From Vicinamibacteria bacterium (GTDB taxonomy: Bacteria; Acidobacteriota; Vicinamibacteria; Vicinamibacterales; JAENWD01): a stretch of 64,000 bases of DNA. A program made the translations under genes and the position numbers. The DNA is taken from assembly GCA_963697705.1 (NCBI GenBank), contig CAVOPA010000018.1, forward strand, positions 69,633 to 133,632, given 5' to 3'. Position 1 is the stretch's first letter, and every line of letters starts with the position of its first letter. Below, in pieces: positions 9,476 to 20,048 of the stretch. The notes beneath the pieces are model-generated. The model saw only the letters and a list, made by a program, of their open reading frames with translations. It was not told the origin of the DNA and ran no database searches.

Positions 9476-10097
9476 CGCACGCCGCGGCTGCAGCCCCTCG
9501 CCAGGCGTGCCAAGGGCATGCCGGGCATCTCTCTTTCCAGATCCACTCGAAAATCGCGACTCCGTCACTTCGTGCCGGACGTATGCGCGGTCGACGCTCT
9601 CCGCGCTCGAAAGGACGGACGCCCGGCGCCGGAATCGAGCGTCCGATCTGCAGTCGATTGGTGTCGGACCGATACTGTGAGGGGGAGCAATGGCACGACC
9701 TCGGATTTGACGAGGCGAACCACTGTTTCGGGTGGGGTCCGGGCGCGTCGGTCCTGCACGGTGTCGTCGACACCTGCCATATTGCGTCGCGGGCGAGTCG
9801 CTGCTGCGTTACTATGACGGCGCGCCGGCGCTCGCCGTACCCCGATCGCGAGCCGCTGGCGGTACTGGCACCCGTGAACGACTTCACATCGCTCTGTGTA
9901 TCCGGCCGCCGCGCCGGCCACGCCGAGAGGCCGCGCGACGATCGCCCGGGACCGCACGTTATTCGTCGGCAGACCGATCGCGCAGTGCCGATCGGCGGTT
10001 CCGGCAGTGCGCCTCGATGATGTGGAGACCGAGTTGTCCGTTGACCGTGCTTACGGCGCATTGCTAATTTCTTGCGGACCGATGGAGGAGTGATTCG

Positions 10098-10676
10098 ATG
10101 ACCCGATATTCGCGATGGTGTCCGATCGCAGCCGTGGCGCTCGTGATCAGCCTTGGTGCCGCCGGCTGCGCCAAGAAGAAGCCGGCCGCCCCCCCGCCCC
10201 CGCCGCCGCCGCCGGCCGCAACCCCGGCACCGCCGCCGCCGCCACCCCCTCAACCAGCACCGACGCCGCCGCCGGCGCCAGCGCCGCTCACCGCGGAGCA
10301 GGTCTTCGCCGGCAAGTCGGTGGATCAGTTGAATGCCGAGAAGCCGCTCGGCGACGTCTTCTTCGACTACGACTCAGCGACGTTCTCCGAAGAGGGCCGC
10401 ACCGCGTTGCAGAAGAACGCGGACTGGCTCAAACGCTGGACGTCGGTGGCGTTCACGGTCGAAGGCCACTGCGACAACCGCGGAACGCCGGAGTACAACC
10501 TGGCGCTGGGCGAGCGTCGTGCGACGGCCGTACGCGACTATCTCGTGAGCCTTGGCGTCCCGGGAACTCGCGTGCAGGCCGTGAGCAAGGGCGAAGAGCA
10601 GCCGTTCTGCCGGGAAGACGCCGAGAACTGCTGGTCGCAGAACCGGCGCGGCCACTTCATCATCACCGGCAAGTAG
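10098..10676 (+). CDS. pal: Peptidoglycan-associated lipoprotein (OmpA-family) with a poly-Pro linker
   Basis: Lipobox LGAAGC, about 45-aa Pro/Ala linker, then FDYDSATF..EGHCDNRGTPEYNLALGERRA..NRRGHF OmpA-like domain. Confidence 0.9.
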   Translation: MTRYSRWCPIAAVALVISLGAAGCAKKKPAAPPPPPPPPAATPAPPPPPPPQPAPTPPPAPAPLTAEQVFAGKSVDQLNAEKPLGDVFFDYDSATFSEEGRTALQKNADWLKRWTSVAFTVEGHCDNRGTPEYNLALGERRATAVRDYLVSLGVPGTRVQAVSKGEEQPFCREDAENCWSQNRRGHFIITGK

Positions 10677-10782
10677 CCGAGGGGCTAAAGGCCAAGGGCA
10701 AGGGCTAGGGGCCAAGGGGCCTCTAGCCCTCAGCGCTCATTAGCCCTCAGCCCTCAGCCCTCAGCCCTCAGCCCTAGCCTCT
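10677..10782. repeat. Heptamer array forming an imperfect palindrome between convergent pal and pyrF (GGGCTAA/GGCCAAG-type units, then TCAGCCC x4 perfect plus degenerate flanks)
   Basis: TCAGCCC at 10747, 10754, 10761 and 10768. The G-rich half (10681-10720) is roughly the reverse complement of the C-rich half, giving a long hairpin that is a probable bidirectional terminator. Confidence 0.7.
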
Positions 10783-11508
10783 CTACGCCCCCAAAGGCCC
10801 CGTGGCCCCCGACACCGGCAGCGTCGCCGCGATGGCGTCGGCTGCCGCCGCGGGATCGGGTGCCGCGATGATGGGCCGTCCGACGACGAGATAATTCGCG
10901 CCTGCGAGCACCGCATCGGCGGCGGTCATCGTCCGCACCTGATCATCACCGTCCTTCGGCGGCCCGCTCCGGATCCCCGGCGTCACGATCAGGAAGTCGG
11001 GGCCGCACCGCTCGCGGACGCGGCCGGTCTCCCGTGGCGAGGCAACGACACCGTCGAGCCCGGCGTCCTGGGCGAGCAGCGCGAGGTGTTCGACGTGCGC
11101 GATCACCTGCCGCTCGATCCCGACGTCGGCGAGCGACGGGCCGTCGAAGCTGGTGAGCACCGTGACCGCGATCACCAGCGGGATGCGATCCGAGTCGGCC
11201 TGGCGCGCAGCGTCGCGTGCAGCGCGCATCATCCCGCGGCCGCCGCTCGCGTGCACATTGAGCATCCACACACCCATCCGCGCCGCGGCGCGCACGGCGC
11301 TCGCGACCGTGTTCGGGATGTCGTGGTACTTGAGATCCAGGAACACGCGATCGCCGAGGGCGGTGAGCGCGCGCACGAAGGGCGGCCCTTCGGCCGTGAA
11401 CAGGTGGCTGCCCACCTTGAATCCGCCGACATGACCGCGCAGCCGCTCGGCCAGCGTCGTCGCCGTCGTCGCGGCGTCCACGTCGAGCGCGGCGAGCAGC
11501 GGGTGCAT
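10783..11508 (-). CDS. pyrF: Orotidine-5'-phosphate decarboxylase
   Basis: FLDLKYHDIPNTV, ..VTPGIR.. motifs. 241 aa. Start overlaps the pyrD stop by 1 nt. Confidence 0.9.
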   Translation of the reverse strand: MHPLLAALDVDAATTATTLAERLRGHVGGFKVGSHLFTAEGPPFVRALTALGDRVFLDLKYHDIPNTVASAVRAAARMGVWMLNVHASGGRGMMRAARDAARQADSDRIPLVIAVTVLTSFDGPSLADVGIERQVIAHVEHLALLAQDAGLDGVVASPRETGRVRERCGPDFLIVTPGIRSGPPKDGDDQVRTMTAADAVLAGANYLVVGRPIIAAPDPAAAADAIAATLPVSGATGPLGA

Positions 11509-12431
11509 CAGCCTTCAACTCCTTGCGGGTGGGCGGCGCCGACAAGCTCCGACAGGCGCTGAATCGCATGGCGGCCGCCGTAATCGGCGAGTCCGTCGAG
11601 CAGCTTCGACCAGATGAACGGATCGACGAAGTTGGCGGTGCCGATCTGCACGGCGCTCGCGCCCGCAATGATGAACTCGAGCGCGTCGCGCGCGTCGGTG
11701 ATTCCGCCCATGCCGATGATCGGGATGTTGACGTGCTGGCGGCACTCGTACACCATCCGCACCGCGATCGGGCGGATGGCGGGCCCGCTCAGGCCCCCCA
11801 TGACATTGCTCAGAACGGGACGCCGGGTCTCGACGTCGATCGCCATCGCCAGGAAGGTGTTGACGAGCGACACGGCATCCGCGCCCGCATCTTGTGCCGC
11901 CCGCGCGAACGACGAGACGCTCGTGACGTTCGGCGTGAGCTTGGGGATGAGCGGCAGCCGGGTCACCTTGCGGACGGCGCTCACGACCTCGAAGGTGCCA
12001 TTCAGGCTGCACCCGAACTGGATGCCGCCCTCCTTGATGTTGGGGCAGGAGATATTCAGTTCGATGGCGGCGACGCCCTCGGCATCCGAGAGGATTCGCA
12101 CCACCTCGACGTACTCGTCGAGCGTGACGCCGCAGACGTTCACAATCACGACCGCCCGCCGCTCGCGCAGCAGCGGCAACCGCTCACGGACGAACCGGTG
12201 CACGCCGATGCCCTGCAGGCCGATTGCGTTGAGCATTCCGGCCGGCGTTTCCACGATCCGTGGCGGCGGATGGCCATCGCGCTCGGTGAGGAACAATCCT
12301 TTCACCGCGACCGCGCCGAGCCGGGACAAATCGACGACGCCCTCGTACTCGAGCCCGTAGCCGAAGCAGCCGCTGGCGGCGATGAGCGGGTTGGCGAGCG
12401 TCAGCGAGCCGATTTGCGTGGTCAGGTCCAT
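11508..12431 (-). CDS. pyrD: Dihydroorotate dehydrogenase, class 1B catalytic subunit
   Basis: ASGCFGYG, ELNISCPNIKEGG, GGLSGPAIRPIA, IGMGGI motifs. 307 aa. Confidence 0.9.
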   Translation of the reverse strand: MDLTTQIGSLTLANPLIAASGCFGYGLEYEGVVDLSRLGAVAVKGLFLTERDGHPPPRIVETPAGMLNAIGLQGIGVHRFVRERLPLLRERRAVVIVNVCGVTLDEYVEVVRILSDAEGVAAIELNISCPNIKEGGIQFGCSLNGTFEVVSAVRKVTRLPLIPKLTPNVTSVSSFARAAQDAGADAVSLVNTFLAMAIDVETRRPVLSNVMGGLSGPAIRPIAVRMVYECRQHVNIPIIGMGGITDARDALEFIIAGASAVQIGTANFVDPFIWSKLLDGLADYGGRHAIQRLSELVGAAHPQGVEG

Positions 12432-12525
12432 GTGCTGGATGCCACCGACGGCGCGAGGGACTCGCGCCGCTACAGGGGCGGCGCACGGGCAGCATCGACC
12501 CGTCTGCCGCCTATCGCCCTGAATC

Positions 12526-13335
12526 CTAGTCCCAGACGAGCGTCGCGGCGTCGAACACGGGCCCGTTCACACACGAGCGCACGAAGTGGGGCCGCTCGTC
12601 ATCCCCGCGCACCGCGACGACACAGCTGTAACAGCCACCGAGCCCGCATCCCATCACCCGTTCCACCGAGACTTCGCACGGCACGCGGTGCCGTGCTGCG
12701 AGGTGCGCAACGGCGGCAAGCATCGGCTCGGGACCGCACGCAAACAGGGTCACGGGCCGGTCGCGTCGCCCGGCGAGCGCGTGGTCGAGAGGGCCGGTTA
12801 CGCGGTCACGTTCACCGCGCGTACCGTCTTCGGTCGCCAGCACGATCCGTGCACCCGCGTCCTCGAACAGCTCGACGAAAAAGAGATCGTCGGCGCTCCG
12901 ACCGCCGTAGAACAGGGTCATCGGTACATCGTGCGCACGAAGTGACGCGGCGAGCGTCGCGAACGGTGCGAGCCCGACGCCGCCGGCGACCATCCATGCG
13001 TCGTGGCCGGGGCGGACCGGCGAGAACGGGCGCCCGAGAGGACCGAGGCAGGCCACGTGCTGCCCCGCGCGCGCATCGAACAGCTGGCCGGTTGTGATCC
13101 CGACGCGTTTGTTCAGCAGCGTGACGCCGGAGGGTGCGCCGCTCGCGTCGCGCAGCACCTCGAAAATCGAGAATGGGCGTCGTAGCAGCGGCTCGAAACC
13201 CGGCACCGGCTTGACCATCACGAACTGCCCCGGCTCCGCCGCGGCCGCAATCGCCGGTGCCGCCAGCGCGATGACGTTGTAGTGAGGCGACAGTTGCCGG
13301 TTGTAGAGGACCGGCGCCGCGAGGTCGACGACCAT
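12526..13335 (-). CDS. pyrK: Dihydroorotate dehydrogenase electron-transfer subunit (FAD/2Fe-2S)
   Basis: LRRPFS FAD motif and C-terminal MGCGLGGCYSCVV cluster motif. I prefer ATG 13333-13335 (MVVDLAAPVLYN..) over the track start at 13431. Confidence 0.85.
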   Translation of the reverse strand: MVVDLAAPVLYNRQLSPHYNVIALAAPAIAAAAEPGQFVMVKPVPGFEPLLRRPFSIFEVLRDASGAPSGVTLLNKRVGITTGQLFDARAGQHVACLGPLGRPFSPVRPGHDAWMVAGGVGLAPFATLAASLRAHDVPMTLFYGGRSADDLFFVELFEDAGARIVLATEDGTRGERDRVTGPLDHALAGRRDRPVTLFACGPEPMLAAVAHLAARHRVPCEVSVERVMGCGLGGCYSCVVAVRGDDERPHFVRSCVNGPVFDAATLVWD

Positions 13336-13390
13336 CCCGGCGAGTATATCAACGCGCTCGGCCGGGCTCCCACGAGCGTGCCCGTATGAT

Positions 13391-15121
13391 GTGACCGTGC
13401 GCCACCTGCGGATGCTGCTGAATGCCCTCATCGGCGGGGGCGTGTTCGCGGCCTACATGACGGTGCTGGTGCTGCAGCTCAATCCGGCCGTGCCGCTGAG
13501 CCCCGGCGGGCTCGGCGCCCTCGCGGTGCGGCTGCTGCTCCTGTACGGCAGCTGGTTCGCGGTGGCAGCGTTCACCGTGCTCGCCGCGAGGCACTTCTTC
13601 GCCGAAACATCGCTCTCGCCCGGGTGGGTGAGCTTCCAACTGCTGGTGTGGCTCTGTCTCGTCGCGTCGGGGCTTGCTGCCACGCTGATGTGGCTGAACC
13701 TGAGCAGCCTGCGTACCACGCTGGACGACGAAGCCGCACGTCGGATGGCGCTCGGCGCGGTCGTCCTGACGCTCGGCGTGGCATTGCTGCTCGCGCTCGG
13801 CGTGTTCCGGTTCTCGTTCGGACGCGGTGGGCGGGCCGGCCCCGCAGCCTTCGGGCTGGTGCTGCTCGCGTCGCTCGCACTGCCTTTGTGGCTGCGCGGC
13901 GCGGCGCACGAGACGCCCTCGGGAGCCCGCCGCATCGAGAACGGCGTCTCGTTCGCGCCGTCGCCGCACGGACGCGTGACCATGCTGCTCCTCGACGGAG
14001 CGTCGCTCGATTTCATCTCGCCGGCGGTCGCCGATGGGCGGCTGCCGAATCTCGCGCGCATCCTGGACGGCGGCGCGGTGATGCACCTGGCGACGCTGCG
14101 GCCGACGCAACCCGCACCGGTGCTGACGGCGATTGCCACAGGCAAGCTGCCGATGCGCACGGGGGTGCGGTCCGCAGCCCTCTACGACGTGCGGTCCGCG
14201 GGTCCGACGCTCGAGATGCTGCCGGACTACTGCTTCGCTCACGGACTCGTCGCCGCCCGGCTGCTCGGCGAACGATCGCAGACGTCGGCCTCGCTCCGCT
14301 CGCGGCCGCTGTGGGCCATCCTGAGCACGTCCGGGCTCGGCGTTGCCGTCGTTCGCTGGCCGCTCACGTACCCGCCGCTCCCGATTCGCGGCGATATGAT
14401 CACCGATCGCCTGCACGTGCCGCATGTCGAATCGCCGGTCACCTTCCCGCCGGAACTGGTGGGCCGCCTGCGGACCGTTGCCGAATCCCCGGACATGGCC
14501 TCGACCGCCGCGGCGCTCGCCGCACCAGGCGCCCACGCGTACGCGGGCGGCGCGGCGCTCGCGCTCGATCGCCTGTACAGCCGCGCGCTCGACGGCGTCC
14601 GCGACGATCCCGACGTCAGGCTGGTGGCGCTCCGCTACCTCGGTCTCGACAGCGTCGGCCACGATTACCTGCGGCAGGCGATGCCGCGCGCGTTTGGCGA
14701 TGTTCCAGAAGAGGAGCGGAGACGCTACGGCACGGTGCTCGAGCAGTACTACCGTTACATCGACGGGGAGATCGGCCGTGCCATCGATCGACTCGGGCCC
14801 GAGGACCTGCTGCTGGTGATTTCCCCGTTCGGCATGGAGCCGCTCAGTCTTCCCAAGCGCCTGCTCGAGCGGGCGCTCGGTAACCCCGAAAGCGGCACGC
14901 ACGAACGCGCGCCCGACGGGTTCCTGATGGCGTTCGGATCCGCCGTTCGCCCGGGGCGGCTCCGCCGCGCCTCCGTGCTCGACGTGACGCCGACGGTGCT
15001 GTACTACTTCGGCCTGCCCGTAGGCCGCGACATGGACGGCTACCCGCGCACGGATCTCTTCGCCCGCGCCTTCACCGCGGCACGACCGCTCGCGTTCATT
15101 CCGAGCTACGAAGGGCGATAG
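13391..15121 (+). CDS. Membrane-anchored alkaline-phosphatase-superfamily protein (nucleotide pyrophosphatase/phosphodiesterase-like)
   Basis: About 170-aa polytopic N-terminus, then LLLDGASLDF..TLRPTQPAPVLTAIATG..LGLDSVGHDY..LLVISPFGME..HERAPDGF metal-site-like motifs. Confidence 0.8.
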   Translation: MTVRHLRMLLNALIGGGVFAAYMTVLVLQLNPAVPLSPGGLGALAVRLLLLYGSWFAVAAFTVLAARHFFAETSLSPGWVSFQLLVWLCLVASGLAATLMWLNLSSLRTTLDDEAARRMALGAVVLTLGVALLLALGVFRFSFGRGGRAGPAAFGLVLLASLALPLWLRGAAHETPSGARRIENGVSFAPSPHGRVTMLLLDGASLDFISPAVADGRLPNLARILDGGAVMHLATLRPTQPAPVLTAIATGKLPMRTGVRSAALYDVRSAGPTLEMLPDYCFAHGLVAARLLGERSQTSASLRSRPLWAILSTSGLGVAVVRWPLTYPPLPIRGDMITDRLHVPHVESPVTFPPELVGRLRTVAESPDMASTAAALAAPGAHAYAGGAALALDRLYSRALDGVRDDPDVRLVALRYLGLDSVGHDYLRQAMPRAFGDVPEEERRRYGTVLEQYYRYIDGEIGRAIDRLGPEDLLLVISPFGMEPLSLPKRLLERALGNPESGTHERAPDGFLMAFGSAVRPGRLRRASVLDVTPTVLYYFGLPVGRDMDGYPRTDLFARAFTAARPLAFIPSYEGR

Positions 15122-15130
15122 GATGATGCT

Positions 15131-15263
15131 GGCGGTTCCGGGTTCCGCGTTTCGGGTGCCAGTTGGGTTGCCGGTTCCGGGTGCGTTCCGGGTTCCTGGT
15201 TCCGCGGTTCCAAATGCCAAGGTTCCGGATCGGCCCTTAGCCCTTAGCCCTTAGCCCCCAGCC
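15131..15263. repeat. Heptamer arrays: GGTTCCG-type units (about 14, degenerate) followed by CTTAGCC x3 (+CCCAGCC)
   Basis: Perfect GGTTCCG at 15134, 15141, 15173 and 15221. CTTAGCC at 15236, 15243 and 15250. Lies between the phosphatase stop (15121) and the pyrR promoter. Confidence 0.75.
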
Positions 15264-15277
15264 CCGGGCCTCTCGTG

Positions 15278-15283
15278 TATAAT
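15278..15283 (+). promoter_or_regulatory. -10 box (TATAAT) of the pyrR-pyrB-pyrC operon
   Basis: gtgTATAATccctcg. The same 12-mer TATAATCCCTCG recurs at 47807. No good -35. Confidence 0.4.
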
Positions 15284-15294
15284 CCCTCGACTCT

Positions 15295-16947
<1,653 letters not shown>

Positions 16948-16967
<20 letters not shown>

Positions 16968-18273
16968 AGGCGGTCGGGTGGTGGATCCGGCGGCCGGGCT
17001 GGACGGCGAGCTCGACGTGCTGATCGACGGCAACCGCATCGCGATGGTGGCACGCGGGCTGCCGGTGCCCGACGGCATGCAGGTGATCGAGGTGCCGCGC
17101 GGGTTCGTCGTCGTCCCTGGATTGATCGACATGCACGTGCACCTGCGCGAGCCTGGGCAGGAGCACAAGGAGACGATTGCCACGGGCGTGGCGTCTGCCG
17201 TGGCGGGCGGATTCACGGCGGTGGCGTGCATGCCGAACACGTCGCCCATCAACGACAACGCCGGGGTGACCAGCTTCATTCTCGCCCGCGCGCGCGAGGC
17301 AGGGCTCGCGCGCGTGTACCCGATCGGCGCGGTCACCCGCGGCTCCGCCGGAGAGCAGCTCGCCGACATCGCCGAGCTGCACGGGGCCGGGTGCGTCGCC
17401 ATCACGGATGATGGTCACCCCGTGGCGACGGCGCTGATGATGCGGCGGGCGCTCGAGTACACGCGCATGTTCGACCTGCCCGTCATCGACCACTGCGAAG
17501 ATCCGTCGCTCAAGGGAGACGGCGTCGCCCACGAAGGGTCTCAGGCGGCTGCCCTCGGGTTGCGCGGGATTCCGGGCGCCGCTGAAGAAATCATGGTGGC
17601 GCGCGACGTCACGCTGGCAGCGATGACCGGCGGCCACGTCCACATCGCGCACATGAGCGCGCGTGGGTCGCTCGAGGCCGTGCGCGTCGGCAAGGACCGC
17701 GGGGCGCGGGTCACGTGCGAGGTCGCGCCGCACCACTTCACGCTCACCGACGAAGCGCTCGCGGGTCCGATCAAGTACGACACCAACTGCAAGATGAACC
17801 CGCCGCTGCGCGAGGCCGCCGACGTCGCGGCGCTCATCGAGGGGCTCCGTGACGGCTCCGTTGACGTGATCGCCACGGATCATGCGCCGCACCACGCGGA
17901 CGAGAAGCAGGTCGAGTTCGACCGCGCCCCCTTCGGCATCGTCGGGCTCGAGACGTGCGTGCCGCTCGTCTTCGATCGGCTCGTGCACGCCGGTCTCATC
18001 ACATTGTCACGGTTCGTCGAGCTGCTGTCGCTGAACCCGGCCCGCATCCTGCGCCGCGAGGGCGGCACGCTCACGCCGGGCGCGCTGGCAGACATCACCG
18101 TGCTCGCGCCCGACGCACGTGTCACCGTCCGCGCCGCATCGCTGCGTTCGAAATCGAAGAACACGCCGTTCGACGGCTGGGAGCTGCGGGGCGCCGCCGC
18201 CGCGACAATCGTCGACGGGCGGACGGTGTTCGTCAACGAGGCCGTGACCGGCGCGGGCGTGTTCGCCGGCTGA
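16948..18273 (+). CDS. pyrC: Dihydroorotase
   Basis: [13 protein letters not shown], ..ATDHAPH.. metal-ligand motifs. 441 aa. Overlaps the pyrB end by 20 nt. Confidence 0.92.
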
Positions 18274-18327
18274 TGCTGCTCGCTCGCGCGCCGTACTCGG
18301 CCATCGACCATCGACTGGAGTCGCCTG

Positions 18328-18948
18328 GTGAATCGTCCCGAAGACATCCGTGATCGCGCGATCGCTGAACTGAGCCGCTTCGGTGTGCTGATGCTCGACG
18401 GCCACTTCGACTATGGCAACGGCTATCACGGCCGCACGTATCTGAACCCACACCAGTTGTTCCGCTATCCGTCGACGATCTGGCGGCTCGCGCAGGACCT
18501 GCTCGACGTCGTGCCGTCGGAACTGTCCACCTCCACCGAGGTCGTCGCGGGTCCGGTGACCGGTGGGGCGCTGCTGGCGCACACGATTGCCGGACTGCTC
18601 GACAGCCGCCGCACCCTCACCCATCCGCCCTGCTCGTTTGCGCCGTTCGGGATGGACGGCGAGGACCGTCCGCGGCTCCGCAGCTTCTACCGGCGGCTCG
18701 TGAACGGCCGCCGGGTGCTGCTCGCCGACGATGTGCTGAATACGGGGCAGACGCTGCAGCGCTGCGCCGAAGTCGTTCGTGAAGCCGGCGGAGAGGTATT
18801 GGGAGCGGTGGTGATATGCGACCGGCTCGCGTCGATCGTGAACATCGGCGCACCCGTGATCGCCCTCACGGAGTACGCGGCGCAAGAGAACTACCCGGCG
18901 AGCGACTGCCCGCTCTGCCGCGCCGGGACGGCGGTGACCGCGTTCTAG
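18328..18948 (+). CDS. Divergent phosphoribosyltransferase (PyrE-like paralogue of unknown specificity)
   Basis: GHFDYGNGYHGRTYLN (compare GHFRLSSGLHSNGYLQ in the pyrE at 23960), RVLLADDVLNTGQTL PRPP loop, C-terminal CPLC. GTG start. Confidence 0.75.
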   Translation: MNRPEDIRDRAIAELSRFGVLMLDGHFDYGNGYHGRTYLNPHQLFRYPSTIWRLAQDLLDVVPSELSTSTEVVAGPVTGGALLAHTIAGLLDSRRTLTHPPCSFAPFGMDGEDRPRLRSFYRRLVNGRRVLLADDVLNTGQTLQRCAEVVREAGGEVLGAVVICDRLASIVNIGAPVIALTEYAAQENYPASDCPLCRAGTAVTAF

Positions 18949-18955
18949 CCCGCAT

Positions 18956-19930
18956 GTGGAAACCAGCCGACTTCCTACATCTGGCGTCCAGCCCCCCACA
19001 TTCAGCAGCCGGCGTCGTCGCCCTGGCTCGCGGCTGATGCGTGTCCCGACTCCGCGCCGCGGGCGCACAGCGGACCACCTCGCATCGCTCGGCTCGCGGC
19101 TTGATGATCTGTATCGCGATTTCAACCAGGCCGATGCGATCGCCGATCCCGTGAACCTGGTGCGGCGCTTCACCGCCCCGGCGGATCGTGAGGTGGCCGG
19201 ATTCTGCGCCGCGGCGCTCGCGTTCGGGCGCGTCGCCAGCGTGAACCAGTCGATCGAGACCGTGTTCGCGTTGATGGGGCCGTCTCCCGCGGCCTTCGTC
19301 AGAACGTTCGAGCCGCGGACCGACGGGAGGGCATTCTCTGCCTTCGTGCACCGCTGGACGCGTGGGCCAGACATCGTCGCGCTGCTGTGGGTGCTGCGGC
19401 AGATGCTCGATCGGGCCGGATCCATCGAAGCCTTTTTTGCCGAGGGCGACGACACGTCAGCGGCGGATATCGGCCCCGCGCTCGATTCGTTCTCCGAGCG
19501 GGCCCTCGCCCTCGATCTGCGGGGCGCCTACGGCCGCATGCCGAAGCGGCCGGGCGTGTGCTATTTCTTCCCGCGCCCTGCCGCGGGCAGCGCCTGCAAG
19601 CGGCTGAACCTCTTTCTCCGCTGGATGACGCGCCGCGACGCGGTCGATCTGGGCGTGTGGACCGCTGTCACGCCGTCGCGGCTGGTCGTGCCGCTCGACA
19701 CGCACGTGATCCGATTGGGCCAATGCCTGGGGCTGACGCGCTACCGCTCGGCTGGGTGGCGCATGGCAGCCGACATCACCGCGTCGCTGCGAGCCATCGA
19801 CCCGGTAGACCCCGTTCGCTACGACTTCTCGATCTGCCACGTCGGCATGATGGGCAGTTGCGGGTTCAGGACGAAGCAGGCGGACAGCCAGTGCCCATTG
19901 AGAGGAATCTGCCGGCCGCGGCGGGGGTGA
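18956..19930 (+). CDS. TIGR02757/DUF2400-like conserved protein with a C-terminal Cys cluster
   Basis: ..FCAAALAFGRV..CYFFPRP..SACKRLNLFLRWM..VPLDTHV..ICHVGMMGSCGF..CPLRGIC. The start may be ATG 19037. Confidence 0.7.
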   Translation: METSRLPTSGVQPPTFSSRRRRPGSRLMRVPTPRRGRTADHLASLGSRLDDLYRDFNQADAIADPVNLVRRFTAPADREVAGFCAAALAFGRVASVNQSIETVFALMGPSPAAFVRTFEPRTDGRAFSAFVHRWTRGPDIVALLWVLRQMLDRAGSIEAFFAEGDDTSAADIGPALDSFSERALALDLRGAYGRMPKRPGVCYFFPRPAAGSACKRLNLFLRWMTRRDAVDLGVWTAVTPSRLVVPLDTHVIRLGQCLGLTRYRSAGWRMAADITASLRAIDPVDPVRYDFSICHVGMMGSCGFRTKQADSQCPLRGICRPRRG

Positions 19931-19936
19931 CTCAGA

Positions 19937-20043
19937 AATGCACAATGCACAACGCACGATGCGAACCCCCAATCGTCTTGCGGTCAACGGTCAACGGTCA
20001 ACGGTCAACGGTCAACGGTCAACGGTCAACGGTCGACGGTCGA
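19937..20043. repeat. Heptamer arrays: AATGCAC-type x4 (19937-19964), then CGGTCAA x7 + CGGTCGA x2 (19981-20043)
   Basis: Perfect tandem copies read directly and confirmed by the RSTVNGQ periodicity of the overlapping track ORFs. Lies between convergent genes. Confidence 0.9.
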
Positions 20044-20048
20044 CGAGC

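Noticed and set aside
8243-9568. 441-aa minus-strand ORF with a long poly-Ser run
   Set aside because: It is antisense to the lysW-like and larE-like genes. The poly-Ser is simply the complement of the GAC/GAG/GAA acidic codons, the rest is Arg/Ala/Gly-rich, and there are no motifs.
10180-10290. CCG/GCC-rich repetitive DNA inside pal
   Set aside because: It encodes the in-frame Pro/Ala linker between the lipobox and the OmpA domain. It is a coding low-complexity region, not a separate repeat element.
13349-15220. Long antisense or alternative-frame ORFs typical of high-GC DNA (also 3914-5671, 5854-7584, 11523-13097, 15969-17405, 16876-17988, 18007-19455, 26289-27482, 35617-37041, 39034-40095, 40707-41819, 44417-45976, 45977-47266, 52323-53786, 53369-54523, 60664-61689)
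   Set aside because: Each overlaps a gene with clear family motifs on the other strand or frame. Their products are Arg/Pro/Gly/Ala-rich with no recognisable domains. Stop codons are rare in all frames at this GC content.
19981-20043. Possibility that the tandem arrays are CRISPR arrays
   Set aside because: The units are 7 nt with no spacers, and no cas genes are nearby. They are microsatellite-type repeats.
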